A stretch of DNA of 29,434 nucleotides, from positions 1 to 29,434 of IMG/VR virus record IMGVR_UViG_3300045135_002643. One strand, 5' to 3'. Under the pieces are notes generated by a model. It saw only the letters and a list, made by a program, of their open reading frames with translations. It was not told the origin of the DNA and ran no database searches. This DNA comes from a virus. Taxonomy: Duplodnaviria > Caudoviricetes. The position numbers and the translations under genes were made by a program. Shown piece after piece: positions 25,382-29,434 of the stretch. How positions within the stretch are numbered: the stretch's first letter is position 1; every line of letters begins with the position of its first letter.

Positions 25382-25968
25382 TTGTAAATCTCGCTTATTG
25401 TTACGTATATTTTTTGATTGGTTTTCACATGAATTGCTTCATAGATATCTAATCCAAATACATCACCAACAGGATAACTATCCTCAACCACACGAATTTG
25501 ATCTTTAGCAAATACCCATTCTTCAAAATTCTTATTCAATATTTTAGGATTCCTTACTTGATATATTCCGGGTATTAATTGTTTATCTTCAAGTAAGAAC
25601 CAATTACTATTAGCTTCTGTTAGAAAATCTAACTTATCAATATTGCATCTTTCTATAATTTGGGAAATGTCTTTATCTTTGAGTTTACAATGCTCCTTAA
25701 TTAAAAAGAGTGCTGATGCAAAAGAACCTAATTTAGTACCACCACCTGGGATTTTAGATACCAGTCTTTTAACGTTAGCACACAGTCGAATGAATGGGGT
25801 GTATGCTGACTTCTTTTCATCATTATCTAAACTTACATTACGATCTCTTTTACCATTTTCATCAATAATGCCTAACTTATAAGCATCCCAATTTTTCCAG
25901 TCCATAACTAACATTCGAATAAATCGAAAAGTGTATGTAAGATCTGCTGCTCTTTTAACTAAACCCAT
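25378..25968 (-). CDS. conserved T4-like hypothetical protein
   Basis: AADLTYTFRFIRML...AYKLGIIDENG; TAATG-coupled. Confidence 0.8.
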   Translation of the reverse strand: MGLVKRAADLTYTFRFIRMLVMDWKNWDAYKLGIIDENGKRDRNVSLDNDEKKSAYTPFIRLCANVKRLVSKIPGGGTKLGSFASALFLIKEHCKLKDKDISQIIERCNIDKLDFLTEANSNWFLLEDKQLIPGIYQVRNPKILNKNFEEWVFAKDQIRVVEDSYPVGDVFGLDIYEAIHVKTNQKIYVTISEIYK

Positions 25969-26336
25969 TATATTTTTCTTAACCTTTCGATTACTTCCTG
26001 ATCCATATCAATACCAATATACTGATTACTTTCAATATACTTTAGAAAAATCAAAAAAGGCTTGATAACAGGCCAATGTCTATCATCAAGCTTAAGATCC
26101 AACATATTTAAACCTGCTTCAATACCAAATGAATTAAATATCACAATCAAATGATTCAGTATTAGTCTTTCACCTAATTCACCATTATCTAAATATCGAT
26201 TTACTAAACGCTTGATATATTTAAATCGTTTCAAGTCCTCATAGAATTCTTCGATATCAGAAAACTGAGGCTTATAATAATGTTTTGCGGCGTAGAGAAG
26301 TAAGTTCTCTTCTGTTAACTCATCGAATATCATCAT
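25968..26336 (-). CDS. conserved T4-like hypothetical protein
   Basis: FDELTEEN..LYA.KHY, EF.EDL.RFKYIKRL and RLILNH motifs. Confidence 0.8.
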   Translation of the reverse strand: MMIFDELTEENLLLYAAKHYYKPQFSDIEEFYEDLKRFKYIKRLVNRYLDNGELGERLILNHLIVIFNSFGIEAGLNMLDLKLDDRHWPVIKPFLIFLKYIESNQYIGIDMDQEVIERLRKI

Positions 26337-26354
26337 ATAACTATATATTAAATA

Positions 26355-26705
26355 TTAGAAGAGTGCTTCTGAAATTGTATTTCTTATCTCGTCAGCTGAT
26401 GCCTTTTTATCAATTTCAACATCCCATTCCTTTGCGGTTTTAATTAACTCTTTTTTAGTCATGGGTTCTAGATCCAGTTCAACAATATCCCAAATATCAT
26501 CTTGTAGAGGATTGTAATCTGGATCTTCTTCTACTGGATCAACGTTCATAGTAATTGTAACTTGCTCTTCTACAGATTCAAAATATGCATCAATATTCTT
26601 TTGGGAAATAGAACCACCAACTAATATTTCTCCGGTTGTAGGATGAACCCAGCCACGCCGGGTTGGGATTGCATTCTTTTGATTATTAGGTGGTTTAATT
26701 GCCAT
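26355..26705 (-). CDS. hypothetical protein with C-terminal Rho_N/HeH-like helical domain
   Basis: LEPMTKKELIKTAKEWDVEI pattern. Confidence 0.65.
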   Translation of the reverse strand: MAIKPPNNQKNAIPTRRGWVHPTTGEILVGGSISQKNIDAYFESVEEQVTITMNVDPVEEDPDYNPLQDDIWDIVELDLEPMTKKELIKTAKEWDVEIDKKASADEIRNTISEALF

Positions 26706-27597
26706 TCTTCATCTCCGCATAAGCTGCTTTAATTCCAGCCAGTTGATCTCTTGTTTCTTCTTTCATGCCAGCCTTTTTGGTAATATCTTCAGGTGATGAC
26801 ATTTTCTTATCACCATCTTTTTTATCGTTTGACCTGGCTTTCATACTTGGACCAGCACGACCAGCTTTGCCTACGTCATCGAATGCCTTCTTAAGCATAT
26901 CAAGATCGGTAGTATTACCTTGGATATCTGACTTCATCTTTTTTGCGCCGTCGCCTTTAAGATTGTTATCCATTGGTTCTGCTTCAGCAGCACCTTTATA
27001 ATGTGCTGATCGATCGCCTTCAAGAACAGCAATTAATTTATCTCTGATTGTGGATTCTTTTTGTTCCATTTCAGACTCCTTACTCTTAGATCCAGAATCC
27101 AATTTCGGGTTCATTGTAGCGGTTTCACCGGATTTTTTCTTTGGATTCTTTTTCATGGTAACAAGACGTTCTTCTTCGTCAGAATTATCATTATGTTTTG
27201 CCTCGTTTGTACTACTGTTAACAGCTTTTGCTGTATCTTTTTTCATTGTAACAGGATGTTTTTTCCCGCCAAAATTGAAATGTGATTTACCAGATTTATG
27301 TGCAGCAGCTGCCGCTCCCATAAATGCGTTACGTTCACCTACCGGAATATCTTCCGGAATTACAAATGATTCCGTTGCCGCGACTTTTGCTTTACCTGTC
27401 ATTTTATTGACTGCCATGTCTGTACCTCTGTTTCGATTAACAAATTTTTTAATTCCTTTTTTCATTTGTTTCTTTTGGTCTTCTGGACCAATGCCTGTAG
27501 TACCGGCAGATTTTCTACCAGCATCAGCTGCTGAAGCTGGAACTTTTTTAAGGTAACGACCAGCCAAACCTTTTGAAATTTCTTGTACTTGTTTCAT
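26695..27597 (-). CDS. Lys/Ala-rich low-complexity protein (putative capsid-internal protein)
   Basis: 300 aa, highly charged; QEISK..A.RY.KK and AAAAAHKSGK..FNFGGK motifs; lies in the late operon. Confidence 0.7.
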   Translation of the reverse strand: MKQVQEISKGLAGRYLKKVPASAADAGRKSAGTTGIGPEDQKKQMKKGIKKFVNRNRGTDMAVNKMTGKAKVAATESFVIPEDIPVGERNAFMGAAAAAHKSGKSHFNFGGKKHPVTMKKDTAKAVNSSTNEAKHNDNSDEEERLVTMKKNPKKKSGETATMNPKLDSGSKSKESEMEQKESTIRDKLIAVLEGDRSAHYKGAAEAEPMDNNLKGDGAKKMKSDIQGNTTDLDMLKKAFDDVGKAGRAGPSMKARSNDKKDGDKKMSSPEDITKKAGMKEETRDQLAGIKAAYAEMKNGN

Positions 27598-27598
27598 T

Positions 27599-27877
27599 TT
27601 ACATCCATATGTTAGTTGTTATAGCTCCGGCGGCCGCTACAACAACCACCCAAAATAGTTTGTGCATAAACTGTACAGTTCTTTGATTATCAAGAACTAC
27701 TCTTTCTATATCATCTATTTTTTGGGATAACCGATTGATTCTTTCGTACATTTTATCGTGATCGTCTGACAATGCTGCAATCTTCTCCTCTGCCCTGGCC
27801 ATAGCGACCATTGCGTCGGTTAGTTTATCTAGCTTTTCTTCTATTCGGTCTAGACGTGTATTTGTTGTCTCTGCCAT
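27599..27877 (-). CDS. coiled-coil protein with C-terminal TM helix
   Basis: RLDRIEEKLDKL heptads and C-terminal FWVVVVAAAGAI. Confidence 0.75.
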   Translation of the reverse strand: MAETTNTRLDRIEEKLDKLTDAMVAMARAEEKIAALSDDHDKMYERINRLSQKIDDIERVVLDNQRTVQFMHKLFWVVVVAAAGAITTNIWM

Positions 27878-27907
27878 CAGTTATCCCATTAAAATAAAAT
27901 ATAGAAC

Positions 27908-27915
27908 TATTTATA
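27908..27915 (-). promoter_or_regulatory. T4-type late promoter
   Basis: Exact TATAAATA in an intergenic gap about 30 nt upstream of a start codon. Confidence 0.75.
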
Positions 27916-27920
27916 ATAAA

Positions 27921-28595
27921 TTAATTCGCTAGTGGATTGTCAAGTGCCTTTTGTACACGATTTTCTAATCTTTCTTCCAGATCTTTCATTGCTTGCTTGA
28001 GATCTGTTTCAAGTTTTTCAAGATCGTCATTTATATTCTTATTCAGCCTTTCAGCTTTTTCATCGTAATTATCATTTAGTTTGTCTGCACGTGTTTCATA
28101 ATCTGCTAACAAAGACGATGACTTTTGGTCATAATCTTCTTGGAGTGCATCTCTCTTTGTTTCAAATCTACCTTCAGCAATTTCAATCATATCAAATATA
28201 TCTTTTTCAAGTTGACGCATACGAGCATTTAAATTATCCTCAGTATCTTTTACTATATCTTCATTACGATCGCCTTGTTGTTCAATCTTCATTACATCAT
28301 CACGTAAGTCCGATTTAATGTCTCTTGTATAGTCAACTGCTTCTTCTAATTTGGTTTCAATTATTTCCATACGTTGTTCGAATGCACCGATATCTAGTCC
28401 AGCAACTTCCTCTACCTTTTGGTACATAAGGAAACCGCCATAGAGTGCACCAACAATAGAGCCAACAACAGCAAGTAATGCACTGACTGACATAAATGAA
28501 ACTTTAATACCAAGAACACGAAACTCTTTACTTTTCAAGTTTTCTATATTCTCTTCCATGTTTTCGAGTTCTTCTCCAAGATTCTTATCAGGCAC
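27921..28595 (-). CDS. membrane-anchored acidic coiled-coil protein
   Basis: TM segment near the N-terminus followed by about 160 aa of helical, D/E-rich sequence. Confidence 0.75.
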   Translation of the reverse strand: MPDKNLGEELENMEENIENLKSKEFRVLGIKVSFMSVSALLAVVGSIVGALYGGFLMYQKVEEVAGLDIGAFEQRMEIIETKLEEAVDYTRDIKSDLRDDVMKIEQQGDRNEDIVKDTEDNLNARMRQLEKDIFDMIEIAEGRFETKRDALQEDYDQKSSSLLADYETRADKLNDNYDEKAERLNKNINDDLEKLETDLKQAMKDLEERLENRVQKALDNPLAN

Positions 28596-28770
28596 TTTCT
28601 TTCTCCATGTAGCAATTGTGCCTTTGAGAAGATACCCATTTCAATTCTTGTATCATTCTATTATACCATCTTCTGTCGTATTGATCATGAGCCTTCTCCA
28701 TATCTTCTTTTAGTTGGCTAATACGGATTTCAATATATGACTCTGTATCTTTTCCTTTTCCCCTTCTCAT
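28588..28770 (-). CDS. hypothetical protein
   Basis: GGAGG RBS; 60 aa. Confidence 0.7.
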   Translation of the reverse strand: MRRGKGKDTESYIEIRISQLKEDMEKAHDQYDRRWYNRMIQELKWVSSQRHNCYMEKESA

Positions 28771-28772
28771 TT

Positions 28773-29434
28773 TTACCTCCTATACTGCATATCCACCATT
28801 TCTTGGTGTAGCAATTGTTGGGCCAAGTTATTCCTTACGCCAGATCGAGAATCTGGTACATTACTTGGCGGATAGAAAGGAACATCAGGATATGTACCAC
28901 CTGCAAGTGCAACCTTATATGAATCAAATCCTGGTACATAATTCATCATAGCTAGCATTTCGGCTTGAGCTGCTTGTTGCTCATCCATTTCTTCAGATTC
29001 AACTATTTGTTCCTGTAAACCTGCTGCTTTCTGTTTTGCAGCTTCTTTTAGCTTTTGTCCTTGGGTTTGTCTCTCTTCAGAATCATTTTGATTAGAAGAA
29101 GAACTGCTTTGACTTTGAGTTTGAGCATTTCCCACCCCCAAAGAACTTTGAGTTTGATTAATTTCCAAACCATTTGATTCTCCTATTATGTTATTTAAAA
29201 CGAACGAAACATCATTTGCCGCGGCGTTGATGGCGATCCCAATCGCATCCACTTTTTCTTTGGTACTATCTGATCGTTCTCCGCTGGCTTCTGCCTGATA
29301 AACCGGGATTGGTTCTTCAAAAGTGCTTTGGCTCGTATTGTTCTGGATCGGTTCCTCATAAAAAACCTCCTGTATTTCTGGTTCAGGTACAGCTGCAAGT
29401 TCTGCAGCCTGTTGTTCTAATATTGATTGTGCTA
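28773..29434 (-). CDS. C-terminal part of a large Q/S/E-rich protein (starts outside window)
   Basis: The frame of the 28773..29252 ORF stays open to the window edge (AQSILEQQAAELAAVPEPEIQE...). Confidence 0.75.
   Translation of the reverse strand, partial: AQSILEQQAAELAAVPEPEIQEVFYEEPIQNNTSQSTFEEPIPVYQAEASGERSDSTKEKVDAIGIAINAAANDVSFVLNNIIGESNGLEINQTQSSLGVGNAQTQSQSSSSSNQNDSEERQTQGQKLKEAAKQKAAGLQEQIVESEEMDEQQAAQAEMLAMMNYVPGFDSYKVALAGGTYPDVPFYPPSNVPDSRSGVRNNLAQQLLHQEMVDMQYRR

Noticed and set aside
480-28318. Numerous plus-strand ORFs in the track (e.g. 480..854, 21537..21932, 27050..27556)
   Set aside because: They are antisense shadows of well-supported minus-strand genes or tRNAs and carry no recognisable motifs
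29195-29398. Separate 67-aa ORF or frameshift near the window end
   Set aside because: The 28773 frame is open to the window edge, so this is an alternative-frame artefact
1-29434. Stop-codon reassignment
   Set aside because: Genes are full length in the standard code, TAA, TAG and TGA all terminate genes, and there is no suppressor tRNA

Overview
AT-rich, densely packed segment of a large T4-like tailed phage genome, probably marine. Essentially every real gene is on the minus strand; the plus-strand ORFs are shadows. In the direction of transcription (right to left) it contains: (i) late or virion-associated hypotheticals behind a TATAAATA late promoter, then an overlapped i-spanin/o-spanin pair followed directly by a class 3 lipase; (ii) a monomeric NrdJ/RTPR-type ribonucleotide reductase coupled to a DUF1289 Cys-rich protein, an unannotated CxxC/CxxC mini-protein and a GIY-YIG nuclease; (iii) T4-type RNase H, a DenV-like glycosylase, a PD-(D/E)xK exonuclease and a 5'-deoxyribonucleotidase; (iv) an EF-hand membrane protein and a ~10 kb, 14-gene glycan-synthesis cassette with GT25 and DxD glycosyltransferases, methyltransferases, an NDP-sugar dehydratase, a HAD-nucleotidyltransferase fusion and a GDPD-like protein; (v) small early genes, IscA/HesB, glutaredoxin and three tRNAs, including an unusual tRNA-Ile(UAU) with a long variable arm. 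Seven copies of a TTTACA-N17-TAnAAT promoter punctuate the window; six carry a G-tract before the -35 and several share an RBS or hairpin. All calls come from reading motifs by eye; no database searches or folding programs were run.
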